Source: a virus (taxonomy: Duplodnaviria; Caudoviricetes). From it: 38,434 bases of DNA. The notes below the pieces were generated by a model. That model was not told the origin of the DNA and made no database searches. It saw only the letters and a program-made list of their open reading frames with translations. The number at the start of each line of letters is the position of its first letter. Position 1 is the stretch's first letter. This document shows positions 1 to 8,570 of this stretch, in pieces. Made by a program: the position numbers and the translations under genes. The DNA lies in the IMG/VR virus record IMGVR_UViG_3300011338_000269, positions 1 to 38,434 of that record. One strand, written 5' to 3'.

Positions 1-223
1 GTTCATTAGAAAGCTCACGTGCTCGCATACGTCCAAAGTCATCTGGGTTTAACATACCAGAGACATCGCCTGAACCACCATAGCCAGCAGAAACACCAAG
101 ACCAACACGTCCTGTTTGTAAGCCACGCTCACGTGCCATGATGTCTTCTTGTGTCCTGCCCGGAGCAAGCAAGCCCATCTGTTGTTGATAATACTTCTGA
201 GCCTGTTCCTCTGGAGTACCAAT
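1..223. repeat. Terminal overlap copy A (circularisation signature)
   Basis: 1-223 aligns to 38212-38434 with 4 substitutions (3/38214, 33/38244, 73/38284, 189/38400). It lies inside a CDS, so it is an assembly overlap rather than the physical end. Confidence 0.95.
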
Positions 224-526
224 GCCTCCCATTGTTTGCTCTGCTTGCCCATAGAGGAGATCTCTAAAGGAAGCTAAACGAGGATCAATCTCATAGCCAG
301 CAGTGCCTTTCTCTGTATCAAAGAAGCCCTTACCAAAGCCAGAGGTAACACTATATGGCTTAAATTTAGCAGTGTCGGCTGCTATCTTTGCTATTTCTAA
401 ATTGGTTGCATTAGCCTCTCGACCAGCGGCACGAGAAGAATTTGCTGCATTCTCAGCAGCATCTGCTCCCATCATCCCACCTACAATATTACTAACAGCT
501 AGTGCTGTTGGAGCCATCCATGCCAT
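1..526 (-). CDS. Internal virion/ejection protein, 5' part (continues across the junction into 38211..37787; ~316 aa total)
   Basis: ATG at 526, just after the cupin TAG. Reads MAWMAPTALAVSNIVGGMMGADAAENAANSS...KFKPYSVTSGFG...QQQMGLLAPGRTQED, in frame with the 37787..38389 ORF. Gly/Ala-rich, first gene of the ejection block. Confidence 0.75.
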   Translation of the reverse strand, partial: MAWMAPTALAVSNIVGGMMGADAAENAANSSRAAGREANATNLEIAKIAADTAKFKPYSVTSGFGKGFFDTEKGTAGYEIDPRLASFRDLLYGQAEQTMGGIGTPEEQAQKYYQQQMGLLAPGRTQEDIMARERGLQTGRVGLGVSAGYGGSGDVSGMLNPDDFGRMRARELSNE

Positions 527-527
527 A

Positions 528-833
528 CTATACCCCTTTAATTAAAACTTCATCCACCTTAGATGAGTCTTTCTCATCAGTGGCATGAATACAATACCAT
601 ACAACATTGGTGATAGCCTCAACGCTATGGTGTTCACCAGCTTTAATTTCAATACACGCAGGAGCATGTACTATTTTCATTCCATCATTACTTGTCACTA
701 CAACACTTCCTTGTGCAAGAATAGAGAGATGTGCATAGTTGTGCTTATGTTGTACAAGCTCTGTATTCGCAGGAATAAATGTTTCCTTGGCATATAGGCC
801 ATCACTAAAATGGTGAATAATGGCTGGCATCAT
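528..833 (-). CDS. Cupin-fold protein
   Basis: HHFSDGLYAKE...HKHNYAHLSILAQG...IKAGEHH cupin-like His pattern. Start moved to the ATG at 833, which overlaps the upstream stop (ATGA). Confidence 0.65.
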   Translation of the reverse strand: MMPAIIHHFSDGLYAKETFIPANTELVQHKHNYAHLSILAQGSVVVTSNDGMKIVHAPACIEIKAGEHHSVEAITNVVWYCIHATDEKDSSKVDEVLIKGV

Positions 834-1498
834 GCTGTGCGTTTCCACATATAGACAGTGATGAATGGTTGGTAGTTGGCATTAGTGCCACTAGAGCCAG
901 TAGAAGCATTAGTTGTTGAAACAGAAATACCTGTTACACTTGCTCCTGTTCCACTAGTTAAGCCCACAGTTCCAGTAGTTGCTCCATTACCACCACCGGG
1001 GCCAAATGTTGTTCCTGTTGTATGTGTGTGTCCCGGATCAGAAACAGTTGATGTTGCTGTGTGACTATGGCTAACAACTATAGCATTTGCACTACCACCT
1101 GTTTCTTCGGCAGTATCAAATAAGGTGTTGCTTGCATCAAGACCAACCATAACACGACCAGCAGCAAAAGCTGACCATGTACCAAAGCCTAACAATGTTC
1201 CGGGATTAGTAGCATTAGTAGCATTAGTATAAATAGAACCAACTGGGTATAGGGCTGATAAAGCAGCTTGAACAAAAGCTGTTGAAGCTGCTTGTGTTGT
1301 ATTTACACCAAATGCTGCTGTAGGAACTGTAGGAGTTCCTGTAAACTCAGGGCTTGCTGAGTTTGCTTTGGTTGCAATGGCTGTAGAGATGGCATCAAAC
1401 TCATCATCAAGCTCAGTTCCTTTGACACGCTTTAAAGGATCACCAGTTGTAAGGCTATCCTTTGTATCATAAGCTGTTAACTTCGTGTAGTTACTCAT
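830..1498 (-). CDS. Tail structural protein (baseplate gp10-C-like short fibre)
   Basis: ELDDEFDAISTAIATK N-terminus, LYPVGSIY...NPGTLLGFGTW, and C-terminal NYQPFITVYMWKRTA typical of gp10-C-like tail proteins. Confidence 0.7.
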   Translation of the reverse strand: MSNYTKLTAYDTKDSLTTGDPLKRVKGTELDDEFDAISTAIATKANSASPEFTGTPTVPTAAFGVNTTQAASTAFVQAALSALYPVGSIYTNATNATNPGTLLGFGTWSAFAAGRVMVGLDASNTLFDTAEETGGSANAIVVSHSHTATSTVSDPGHTHTTGTTFGPGGGNGATTGTVGLTSGTGASVTGISVSTTNASTGSSGTNANYQPFITVYMWKRTA

Positions 1499-1499
1499 G

Positions 1500-3086
1500 T
1501 TAGTAAATCTTTCCTTGTTTAATAAATATATCCATCTTTTGTACGCTTAGAGGAGAGCCTGACACCTCAGCCTCAAAACCCATTTGAATAATCTTCCCTT
1601 GACCACCAACAGAAACAGAAGTATCATCAATAACAATACCTGATGAATATTCAGCTATATTATATTCGCCTATGTTATATTCAGCGTATGTTCCTGTATC
1701 CATAAAGACAGGATAGCTATTGTACTTGTTTGAATAATCAAAGCCAATCTTAGCAACAAAGCGTTGACCACCACCACCAATTAACACAAAGCCAAGCCTC
1801 TTTACAATCTTATTAATTGTTGGCTGACCAAAGTCAAAGTAGTTTGTATAATAAATGAATGTATACTTTGAGCCATTGTCTTGATAACCAGTATATTCAC
1901 CAATGCCTGCTGGCTTACCTATGTATAAAGAGCCATCTCTATTAGCAGACAAGGCATAAGCAGAATAGGAGTTCCATGTTGTCACACGAGAAGCACCATC
2001 TGGAAGAGCTTGTTTTAAATCAAAGCAATAAACAAGAGGAGAAGAGATTGAAGGAAAGCTTAAGAGATAGAAACCATACTTCTCTGAATAACAACTCTTA
2101 ATAAGCTTGGCTTCTGTGCTTGCTATGGCATCAAATAAATCATCTCGTACATTCTTAGAGATGTCACGCATGGGCATACTCTTCTCTTGAATGGTACGTC
2201 CAAGACTACGAACACCTGAAGCACTCAAGAACAATAAGTCATTACCTGTCTTCTGTACGCTGTCTCGTGCAATGCAACCAATGCCGGGAATCACATCAGA
2301 GATTGTCATTGCTGTAGCTGGTGTCTCAGCACCATTGAGAATGACAATATTTTGTTTACAGAATACAATTAAGAAACCATTGTGTGCAGCAAGAGCTACA
2401 ATTTCATCTGTGTTATTAGGAAGCTTAGAAGCTATGTTAATACTACCAGAGGTACGAGCACCGCCAGTATCAAAGGTAGGGAAATGGTCATCAGCAATGT
2501 CTGTAGACCAGAATACAGTTGTTGGATAGGCTGAACTTCCTGCCACCCAGAAGCGCCCATAGGCAGCTAAGCAAGCATTAGGAGCATTGCTTGTACCAGT
2601 ACCAAATACTGGAGAAGAAAAGCTAACACCAGAGTGTCCTGTGTGACCTACAAGGGTTGTGCATACAGCAGTTCCACTTTCTCTTGTGAACAACACAGGG
2701 AGATGACTCTTCTGTGTCATCAAGCAATGATCTTTTAAAGAAGCCATCTGCCAGTGGTTATCTGTGACAGTCATGGTTGGTGTTATGTCTGTAAGAACAG
2801 CACCAATGCCACCTCTCCAAAGCTTGTTATTACCAGCACTTAAGTAATCAAATGTACCATCACCATTCAAGTATTCAAAGATGCTATAGATGTTTGCACC
2901 ATTAAGGCCAGTGGTTGTGGTTGTCTTCTGTATCCAACCCTTACGTGCTCCTAAACGTCCATACTTATCAATGATACAATTAGAAGCTACCAGTGCAAAC
3001 CCATCAGACAACACTGCCCCACTCTCTTGGGTATTAAGCCCATAAAAGCCCGGAGCAGCAACAGCAGCACTAGAAAGTTGTTTCAT
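1500..3086 (-). CDS. Tail tubular protein B / head-closure nozzle (beta-propeller)
   Basis: 528 aa, beta-rich. APGFYGLNTQ, NCIIDKYGRLGARKGW, IGCIARDSVQ..GNDLLFLS..GVRSL. Follows the adaptor gene with ATGA coupling at 3083-3086. Confidence 0.7.
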   Translation of the reverse strand: MKQLSSAAVAAPGFYGLNTQESGAVLSDGFALVASNCIIDKYGRLGARKGWIQKTTTTTGLNGANIYSIFEYLNGDGTFDYLSAGNNKLWRGGIGAVLTDITPTMTVTDNHWQMASLKDHCLMTQKSHLPVLFTRESGTAVCTTLVGHTGHSGVSFSSPVFGTGTSNAPNACLAAYGRFWVAGSSAYPTTVFWSTDIADDHFPTFDTGGARTSGSINIASKLPNNTDEIVALAAHNGFLIVFCKQNIVILNGAETPATAMTISDVIPGIGCIARDSVQKTGNDLLFLSASGVRSLGRTIQEKSMPMRDISKNVRDDLFDAIASTEAKLIKSCYSEKYGFYLLSFPSISSPLVYCFDLKQALPDGASRVTTWNSYSAYALSANRDGSLYIGKPAGIGEYTGYQDNGSKYTFIYYTNYFDFGQPTINKIVKRLGFVLIGGGGQRFVAKIGFDYSNKYNSYPVFMDTGTYAEYNIGEYNIAEYSSGIVIDDTSVSVGGQGKIIQMGFEAEVSGSPLSVQKMDIFIKQGKIY

Positions 3087-3730
3087 ACTGGATACCAAAT
3101 AGTTTCATCAGGGCGGCGAGCAGCATCAAGGGCAATCTCATCAGCCAAGCTAGAACGACCAGCAGCGTAGGCATTCATGCTGGCATTACCACCATCTTCA
3201 CCACGCTCTTCAATGGCCTTAGCAAGGGCTAGGAGGATGACAGGACGTGTTGGAATATATAAGTCATCACCATCGGCTGTCATATCTGCATTACGTAAGA
3301 TGACATTGAAGCGAATGGTATAGACAGCATCAGGAATGGGGTAGATGTCAACCTGTGTGTCACCATCATTGGAAACACCATTGAAGTTGTAATACTCAGG
3401 AACCCCCTTAACTTGTCCTTGAGTTAGGAAGGCATTGTCAAACCAAGTGCCGGGACGATATTCCATGAACTGATCGGAGCTATCATTAATCACATCAAGA
3501 ATTGTGAAGTTGTTCTGAGTACCATTCAGCTCATAGTTAAAGATGTCGGCTGCTGTGGTTAATGTCAATGTGGTTCTAAGACCAGACCAGCCCCAAGCAG
3601 TCTCAACCTCATTACGAGCATCATTAACAAAATCACCAATAAGCTTACTATAAGCACTTTCAGAAACAGAGAGTACCTCTCGTTCCCTGAGTCTTCGTAG
3701 TACACTATTGACAGCTTCTAAATATGTCAT
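3083..3730 (-). CDS. Tail tubular protein A / head-tail adaptor
   Basis: MTYLEAVNSVLRRLRE N-terminus characteristic of T7 gp11-like adaptors; size and position fit. Confidence 0.75.
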   Translation of the reverse strand: MTYLEAVNSVLRRLREREVLSVSESAYSKLIGDFVNDARNEVETAWGWSGLRTTLTLTTAADIFNYELNGTQNNFTILDVINDSSDQFMEYRPGTWFDNAFLTQGQVKGVPEYYNFNGVSNDGDTQVDIYPIPDAVYTIRFNVILRNADMTADGDDLYIPTRPVILLALAKAIEERGEDGGNASMNAYAAGRSSLADEIALDAARRPDETIWYPV

Positions 3731-3751
3731 ACTATTTCCTTATATGTTTAT

Positions 3752-3780
3752 ATTATAACACTATTTGTTATATTTGTCAA
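3752..3780 (-). promoter_or_regulatory. Consensus sigma70 promoter for tail/ejection genes
   Basis: Minus strand TTGACA-17 nt-TATAAT with TG extension (ttgacaaatataacaaatagtgttataat), 22 bp upstream of the adaptor ATG. Confidence 0.85.
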
Positions 3781-3784
3781 GGGG

Positions 3785-4063
3785 TTACCACTTAACTTTA
3801 TCAGCCCAATAAGCAGCACTCATCTTACCTTTGGCTATGTTACCAGCATGACGGGCTTTAAAGCTCTCTCGTCTGTTCTTATAGGCCTCAGATTCCCCTG
3901 CTTTCTTGGGGCTTCCAGACACGCCCTGTTGCCCAAAGCGTATGGTTTTAACATTATCCCCTTCCTTAGCCACAACAACGTGGCTTTTGGTGGGGTGGCT
4001 AGGGGTGCGCTTGGGTTTATTAAAGCCAGCTACACCAGCTCTTTCAAGTCTACTATCTTTCAT
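3785..4063 (-). CDS. Small basic conserved phage protein (DUF6321-like)
   Basis: KTIRFGQQG...RRESFKARH...KMSAAYWA..W pattern, Lys/Arg-rich; family assignment from memory. Confidence 0.6.
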   Translation of the reverse strand: MKDSRLERAGVAGFNKPKRTPSHPTKSHVVVAKEGDNVKTIRFGQQGVSGSPKKAGESEAYKNRRESFKARHAGNIAKGKMSAAYWADKVKW

Positions 4064-4290
4064 CTGTATCCCTTTACTTTCTGAGCCACCTTCTTAGGCT
4101 GAGCTACAAACTGTTTACCCTTAGCATTACCAGCAGCCTTGGCCTTGTTTGTTGCTGCCTTCTCAGAGGGACTTAGAGCCTTCCAAGCAGCTTCTGGTAA
4201 ATATCTCTTCTTTCCTTTGGAAGGAGAACCATCACTGGTTGTCCACTTCTGTGCTGTCCAGTCTTTAAGGCTTTGTTGAGGCTTCTTCAT
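4060..4290 (-). CDS. Small basic protein, C-terminal half of a DUF5872-like protein
   Basis: QQSLKDWTAQKWTT...KRYLPEAAWKALSPSEK...GKQFVAQP. Confidence 0.6.
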   Translation of the reverse strand: MKKPQQSLKDWTAQKWTTSDGSPSKGKKRYLPEAAWKALSPSEKAATNKAKAAGNAKGKQFVAQPKKVAQKVKGYR

Positions 4291-4463
4291 TTATAGCCTC
4301 CACCAGCTTTCTTGTATTCACTGGCTAAGAGCTGAGCTTTGCGAGCACTCCATTCACCCGCATCTCCTCCCTTGCTCCCTGCCTTAATCTTGTTAAACAA
4401 GGCCTTACGCATAGAAGGCTTTGTATACACTCCAGCAGAGTTAACTGTACTCTTCCCCTTCAT
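4287..4463 (-). CDS. Small basic protein, N-terminal half of a DUF5872-like protein (58 aa, absent from the ORF track)
   Basis: Manual translation MKGKSTVNSAGVYTKPSMRKALFNKIKAGSKGGDAGEWSARKAQLLASEYKKAGGGYK. ATGA overlaps at both ends and it exactly fills the gap. Confidence 0.75.
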   Translation of the reverse strand: MKGKSTVNSAGVYTKPSMRKALFNKIKAGSKGGDAGEWSARKAQLLASEYKKAGGGYK

Positions 4464-4651
4464 TTCTTTTTAGCCTTGTTAGTGGCTGTTCTCTGGCCTC
4501 TCATGGGCAGCTTTGCCTCACTCATGGCAATGGCTACTGCCTGCTTAGGAGAGGTTACAACCTTGCCCCCTTTGCCGCTATGCAAAGAGCCCATCTTGTA
4601 TTCGCCCATAACTTTACCAATCTTGGCTGTTTGTTTCTTAGTCTGTTTCAT
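4460..4651 (-). CDS. Small basic protein (DUF6496-like)
   Basis: KIGKVMGEYKMGSLHSG.GGKVVTSPKQAVAIAMSEA. Confidence 0.65.
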   Translation of the reverse strand: MKQTKKQTAKIGKVMGEYKMGSLHSGKGGKVVTSPKQAVAIAMSEAKLPMRGQRTATNKAKKK

Positions 4652-4659
4652 ATGCTTCC

Positions 4660-4998
4660 TTAAATGTTACGTTCAAAATGAGGACAATCTACAAGAGACT
4701 TGAAGTTGCCTCCCCATCTATTCTTTGGATTTAAACTTTCCCAATAAGTTCCAATTGGTGCAAGGATTTTTTTGTCCCATATAATTGCATTACCTTGGAA
4801 GAAGTTCAAGTCCATTGCACACCTCTTCAGATGAATTGAGTTCATTGTCTTGCTACGGCCTGTCTTGAAATAGATGGCCTGTTGTTCTGGTGTACGTGCA
4901 AGCTCCCCGCCTGTAACCTTGAAGCCCTGCTCTGTGGCATATTGAATGAGCTTACACATGTCTAACAGGAAAGCTGCTTGTTCATCTGATAGATTCAT
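4660..4998 (-). CDS. Endolysin, M15 family peptidase (L-Ala-D-Glu type)
   Basis: SxHxxxxAxD (SIHLKRCAMD) and WGGNF..DCPHFE zinc motifs; adjacent to the holin. Confidence 0.85.
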   Translation of the reverse strand: MNLSDEQAAFLLDMCKLIQYATEQGFKVTGGELARTPEQQAIYFKTGRSKTMNSIHLKRCAMDLNFFQGNAIIWDKKILAPIGTYWESLNPKNRWGGNFKSLVDCPHFERNI

Positions 4999-5507
4999 TT
5001 CTTGCTCCTCAAGTCAGCCAGTTTCTCAATTGTTCTACCACCGAAGTAGGCTCCCATAATAAGCATACCCCATTGACCAAGCAAAGCTACATAAGACTCA
5101 TTCGCATTTAGACCAAAGGCACTCATCATAGCAAACAAGAAGTAGCCAAGAAAGATGGCTATGAGGGACATAGGGCGTATGTTCTTGGACAGCCAAGAGT
5201 CAGAGGACATGTCTGCCTGCCAGCGGTCTGACACATTGTCTTCTTCGTTCTGTGCTGCCTTAGCAAACATCTCTAGCTCAGCCAGTTCCAGCTTAGCCTT
5301 CTCAATGCCTAGTTCTAGAAGACGTTCTTCATGTGTAAACTGAAGCTGTCTTAGTTTTTCTACATCTGCTGGTGTGGGATTATCAGGAATCTTAAAGCCA
5401 GTAACTTTCTCTACCATGTCCTTGCCCTTGGCTTGGATGGCAGAGGACAAAAGCCCTAGACCATTCTCAGCAAGGGTGCTTAATAAGGCTCCAACAATTG
5501 GTATCAT
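4995..5507 (-). CDS. Holin (3TM GTA-type holin-like)
   Basis: RWQADMSSDSWLSKNIRP followed by two TM helices and GAYFGGRTIEK. Confidence 0.75.
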   Translation of the reverse strand: MIPIVGALLSTLAENGLGLLSSAIQAKGKDMVEKVTGFKIPDNPTPADVEKLRQLQFTHEERLLELGIEKAKLELAELEMFAKAAQNEEDNVSDRWQADMSSDSWLSKNIRPMSLIAIFLGYFLFAMMSAFGLNANESYVALLGQWGMLIMGAYFGGRTIEKLADLRSKK

Positions 5508-5668
5508 TCTTTATCTTTCTCAAGTTGTTTCACAAGCTGTTCCATCTTCTGCCGTTCATAACGACATTCTTGTCTAGCTGTGTTTGTATCAAATAACATA
5601 AAGCCCATCACTGGAAGCAACAACACAAACACAACAGCCATTACAATTAACCCTGCTAAAAACCCCAT
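5504..5668 (-). CDS. Small membrane protein (TM plus coiled coil; possible spanin/lysis accessory)
   Basis: MGFLAGLIVMAVVFVLLLPVMGFMLF then charged helix. Start placed at ATG 5668 to avoid a long overlap with the upstream gene. Confidence 0.5.
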   Translation of the reverse strand: MGFLAGLIVMAVVFVLLLPVMGFMLFDTNTARQECRYERQKMEQLVKQLEKDKE

Positions 5669-6195
5669 CGAAGTTTCCTGTCTATTGTTATCAACCAGAA
5701 CAGGAGGAGGAGGTATATAGTAACTATCATCACTGCCCCTATTTGCAGAGCCTTGTCTTGCAGGGAGCTTATTAGTTGCTTTCGTTGCCATGCTGCTGCC
5801 CTTGCTTTCTGCTCTGCTATAAGTCTTTCTTGTTCCTGTTCCTGTTGTAGCCTTGCATATTCCTCTTCAAACCTACTCCACACTGCCCCTAGTTCTGGGT
5901 CTACATGGTAGATAAGAAACTCTCTTAGCTCTACCACTTGTCTTTCAAGCTCTATTTGATTTATTATGTTATCTAAGGCTTGTGCTTTTAAACTTTTGTT
6001 CTTAGGTGGATTTTTCTTTTCTTCTTCTACTGCTTGTTTTACTTGATCTTGTGCATTAAATAAGTTGCCTATATACCCAGAGATTTCTCTTGCAATTTTA
6101 GAGACATCGCCGCCTGCTGCTTTTGCATCTTTATAAAAAGCAACGCCTTGTTTAATGGCTGCCAGAGCAGTGAAGGCCAGTGTGAATGGATCAAT
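5656..6195 (-). CDS. Coiled-coil membrane protein (179 aa), probable ATT start
   Basis: The frame of track ORF 5656..5937 stays open 86 codons further upstream, to ATT GAT CCA TTC at 6195. GGAG lies 6 nt upstream. C-terminal TM segment. Confidence 0.65.
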   Translation of the reverse strand: MDPFTLAFTALAAIKQGVAFYKDAKAAGGDVSKIAREISGYIGNLFNAQDQVKQAVEEEKKNPPKNKSLKAQALDNIINQIELERQVVELREFLIYHVDPELGAVWSRFEEEYARLQQEQEQERLIAEQKARAAAWQRKQLISSLQDKALQIGAVMIVTIYLLLLFWLITIDRKLRWGF

Positions 6196-6196
6196 G

Positions 6197-6406
6197 TTAT
6201 ACTCCGAAGAACTTCTTGAAGAACTCTGCTGCTGTACCCGGGCCTAAAAGAACACATAACATAACACCATATAACAGATATTCAATCTTGGTCATACGTG
6301 TATTGCCATTATCTAAACTGCGTCCAATAGCAGCATAGCGTTCTGCACATACTTGTTCATGGCTATCAAGTCTTGCTTCTGTCTTTGTTATAAGCTCTTC
6401 ACTCAT
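6197..6406 (-). CDS. Small membrane protein (XhlA-like coiled coil plus TM)
   Basis: HEQVCAERY...RMTKIEYLLYGVMLCVLLG; start of the lysis cluster. Confidence 0.55.
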   Translation of the reverse strand: MSEELITKTEARLDSHEQVCAERYAAIGRSLDNGNTRMTKIEYLLYGVMLCVLLGPGTAAEFFKKFFGV

Positions 6407-7119
6407 GCTTGCTCCAGTGCTGTGATTCGTTCTGTCAGGGATGTAATTAAGGCTTGTTGTTCTTGAATGGCTTTTGTCATCAATGCAACCATATTACCAT
6501 AGTGAATGGCTTCAACTTCTCCTGTTCCATCTTTTACAACAAACTCATCCAAATCAAGTGCATCCAGTTCTTCCGCAATTAAACCAGCATATTGTGTATT
6601 AATTGAATTTCCATCAGGGTCGTTAACTTTTGATTTGTAATACACAGGGCGCAACTGCATTACAGTTGATATACCCTTGTCGTAATCAACCACATCACGT
6701 TTATATTTAATAGAGGATGTTGACCGATACAAATACCCAGAAGCATCTACAGTTACGTTTGCAGCACTAGCAGCAGTTCTATCATAAACAGCCACTGATC
6801 TCAAATAATAATCATCACGACACATAAGTGTAGCCTGACCCCCAGTTGTCCAAACTTGAAGGTTCCATTGGCTTGAGGTAGCTGTTTTTTTACCTTTAAT
6901 AAACAAACCATCTGCTGGCTGTGTGGCTGACGTAGCCCCAATTAAAACGTCACCGCTGGAGTCGATACGCATCCTCTCAGTGCCACTAGTAGCCACGCCA
7001 ACAGTGTCAACCGCAGGAAAGAACACGCCTGTATTTGTATCCCCACCTTGAACTGCGGGTGTGCCAGCAGAGCCATCAACACCAGCTATGCCGGTTGTGC
7101 CGTTAATCGTTACAGTCAT
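6403..7119 (-). CDS. Tail fibre/spike with C-terminal intramolecular chaperone (peptidase S74)
   Basis: SSIKYKRDV...LRPVYY...GLIAEEL...YGNMVALMTKAIQEQQ chaperone signature; ERMRIDSSG repeat unit. Confidence 0.85.
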   Translation of the reverse strand: MTVTINGTTGIAGVDGSAGTPAVQGGDTNTGVFFPAVDTVGVATSGTERMRIDSSGDVLIGATSATQPADGLFIKGKKTATSSQWNLQVWTTGGQATLMCRDDYYLRSVAVYDRTAASAANVTVDASGYLYRSTSSIKYKRDVVDYDKGISTVMQLRPVYYKSKVNDPDGNSINTQYAGLIAEELDALDLDEFVVKDGTGEVEAIHYGNMVALMTKAIQEQQALITSLTERITALEQA

Positions 7120-7289
7120 TGTTGTACTCCTTGTTCATCCGCTGGCAATGGTGTGTTGCCATCTGCAAGCCAATCTAAATATTCTTGGTAGTCAATGTTA
7201 GTTGGTTCAAATGGAATGCAAGCACCATCAGACAAACGTAAAACACTAACTTGTCTATTGTTTAAATAATCAAATATCAATTTATACAT
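7116..7289 (-). CDS. Tail-fibre-associated small protein (57 aa, absent from the ORF track)
   Basis: Manual translation MYKLIFDYLNNRQVSVLRLSDGACIPFEPTNIDYQEYLDWLADGNTPLPADEQGVQQ. The IPF..N.DYQEYL.W...GNTP motif is common next to fibre genes. Confidence 0.75.
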   Translation of the reverse strand: MYKLIFDYLNNRQVSVLRLSDGACIPFEPTNIDYQEYLDWLADGNTPLPADEQGVQQ

Positions 7290-8297
7290 TTACAACTCCG
7301 CAGATGCAGTATATTGAGCAGAATAAGGCGTTCCAACAGCACTAAGCCCTGTGGTTTTAGTTAATCGAGGAATATTAGTAGTTGTGCCGCCACTCAATGT
7401 AATGCCAGTTACTGTTGCTCCACTTGCATTATTTCTAGCAGATGGAGAACCTGACCCGCCAACAGTGCTGTAAACAGCAAATATAGGCGTAGCTCTCATA
7501 ACTACTGGCAAAAGCCCCCCATTTGAACTATCACTTGTGTTAATACATATAAAACTAGCGCCATCTGTAGCGCCAGTAGCCGCTTGCACTGTCGTTCCAT
7601 AATCGTAAGATGTTTGATAGTATCTCTGACACATCACAAACTCAGTACCATAAGATCGGTAATCAAATGACGTTGCAATAGATGATTCTTCTAACTGAAT
7701 ATTGCCAACCACCCAAGTGCCTGAAGTCTGTGCGCCAACAGTAAGAACAACTTCTATACCTGTTGTGGCTGCGGCAGGGATGCTGATTTGGGTGCTGTAT
7801 CTTGTCAGGGTTGAAGTGACAGTAAATGCTCCTGTTGCAATCTGAGTGCGTGTAGGGCTTGCCAATGTGCCAAACGTATTAGCAGTGTTGGCATAGTACG
7901 CAGTCCATGTGACTGTGGTCAGCAAGCTGTTTGAAATATCAAGTGACAAGGTTGCAGTAGAACCAGCCATGTCATAGCTATTCAGTTGCTCAATACGCTG
8001 ACCAATACCAACCGCAGTAACAGATGCCGCACCAGTAATCTGCAATCTGTTTCTAGTTGAACCAGAGCCAGCTACCTGTGCCGCAGTTACGTTTGCACCA
8101 GTACAGTAAACATAGAAGCGGTCTACAGTTGAATAGCCAGCCGCAATCGTAGAACCAGCAGTAATGGTTGCTGATGTTGCTCTTTGTGCAATTTGCATCT
8201 GACCATTAATGATGCGGTTCTTGAAGCCGAAAGAAGATGCAGAATCGAACTGCCCTGCAAGGGTGATGCCCGTTGTTCCTGATATTGCTATGGTCAT
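7290..8297 (-). CDS. Tail fibre / receptor-binding protein (CBM-like beta-sandwich)
   Basis: FKNRIINGQMQIAQR...IQLEE...ATSFDYR.YGTE...CQRYYQ...ASAEL pattern. Confidence 0.75.
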   Translation of the reverse strand: MTIAISGTTGITLAGQFDSASSFGFKNRIINGQMQIAQRATSATITAGSTIAAGYSTVDRFYVYCTGANVTAAQVAGSGSTRNRLQITGAASVTAVGIGQRIEQLNSYDMAGSTATLSLDISNSLLTTVTWTAYYANTANTFGTLASPTRTQIATGAFTVTSTLTRYSTQISIPAAATTGIEVVLTVGAQTSGTWVVGNIQLEESSIATSFDYRSYGTEFVMCQRYYQTSYDYGTTVQAATGATDGASFICINTSDSSNGGLLPVVMRATPIFAVYSTVGGSGSPSARNNASGATVTGITLSGGTTTNIPRLTKTTGLSAVGTPYSAQYTASAEL

Positions 8298-8300
8298 GAT

Positions 8301-8570
8301 TTACACCTTGGGATATTTAGCTTTAACTGCCAAGCAATCAGCAATGTACTTGTCAATCTGTGTTTGATCGTTTTTGACTATACCATCAAGGTAGTCTGTG
8401 ATGGGTGGGTATTCAGTAGATCGTTGCTCTATATAAACCTTAGATTGCATTTTTTCTTGTACAGCACTTTCACTATATAAAACAATATTTCCATCTATGT
8501 CAAAAGCGTCATTTCCTATAATAGTAATGACTTGAGGATATAGTTGAAAAATAGCGTCATTTTTTCTCAT
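8301..8570 (-). CDS. Tail-fibre-associated small protein
   Basis: RSTEYPPITDYLDGI...DCLAVKAKYPK motif typical of fibre-adjacent chaperone-like proteins. Confidence 0.65.
   Translation of the reverse strand: MRKNDAIFQLYPQVITIIGNDAFDIDGNIVLYSESAVQEKMQSKVYIEQRSTEYPPITDYLDGIVKNDQTQIDKYIADCLAVKAKYPKV

Noticed and set aside
1-223. Terminal 223-bp repeat as a biological DTR or a DGR template/variable repeat
   Set aside because: It lies mid-CDS. The four mismatches fall toward the contig ends and are not adenine-specific, and there is no reverse transcriptase. Best explained as an assembly overlap with read-end errors or strain variation.
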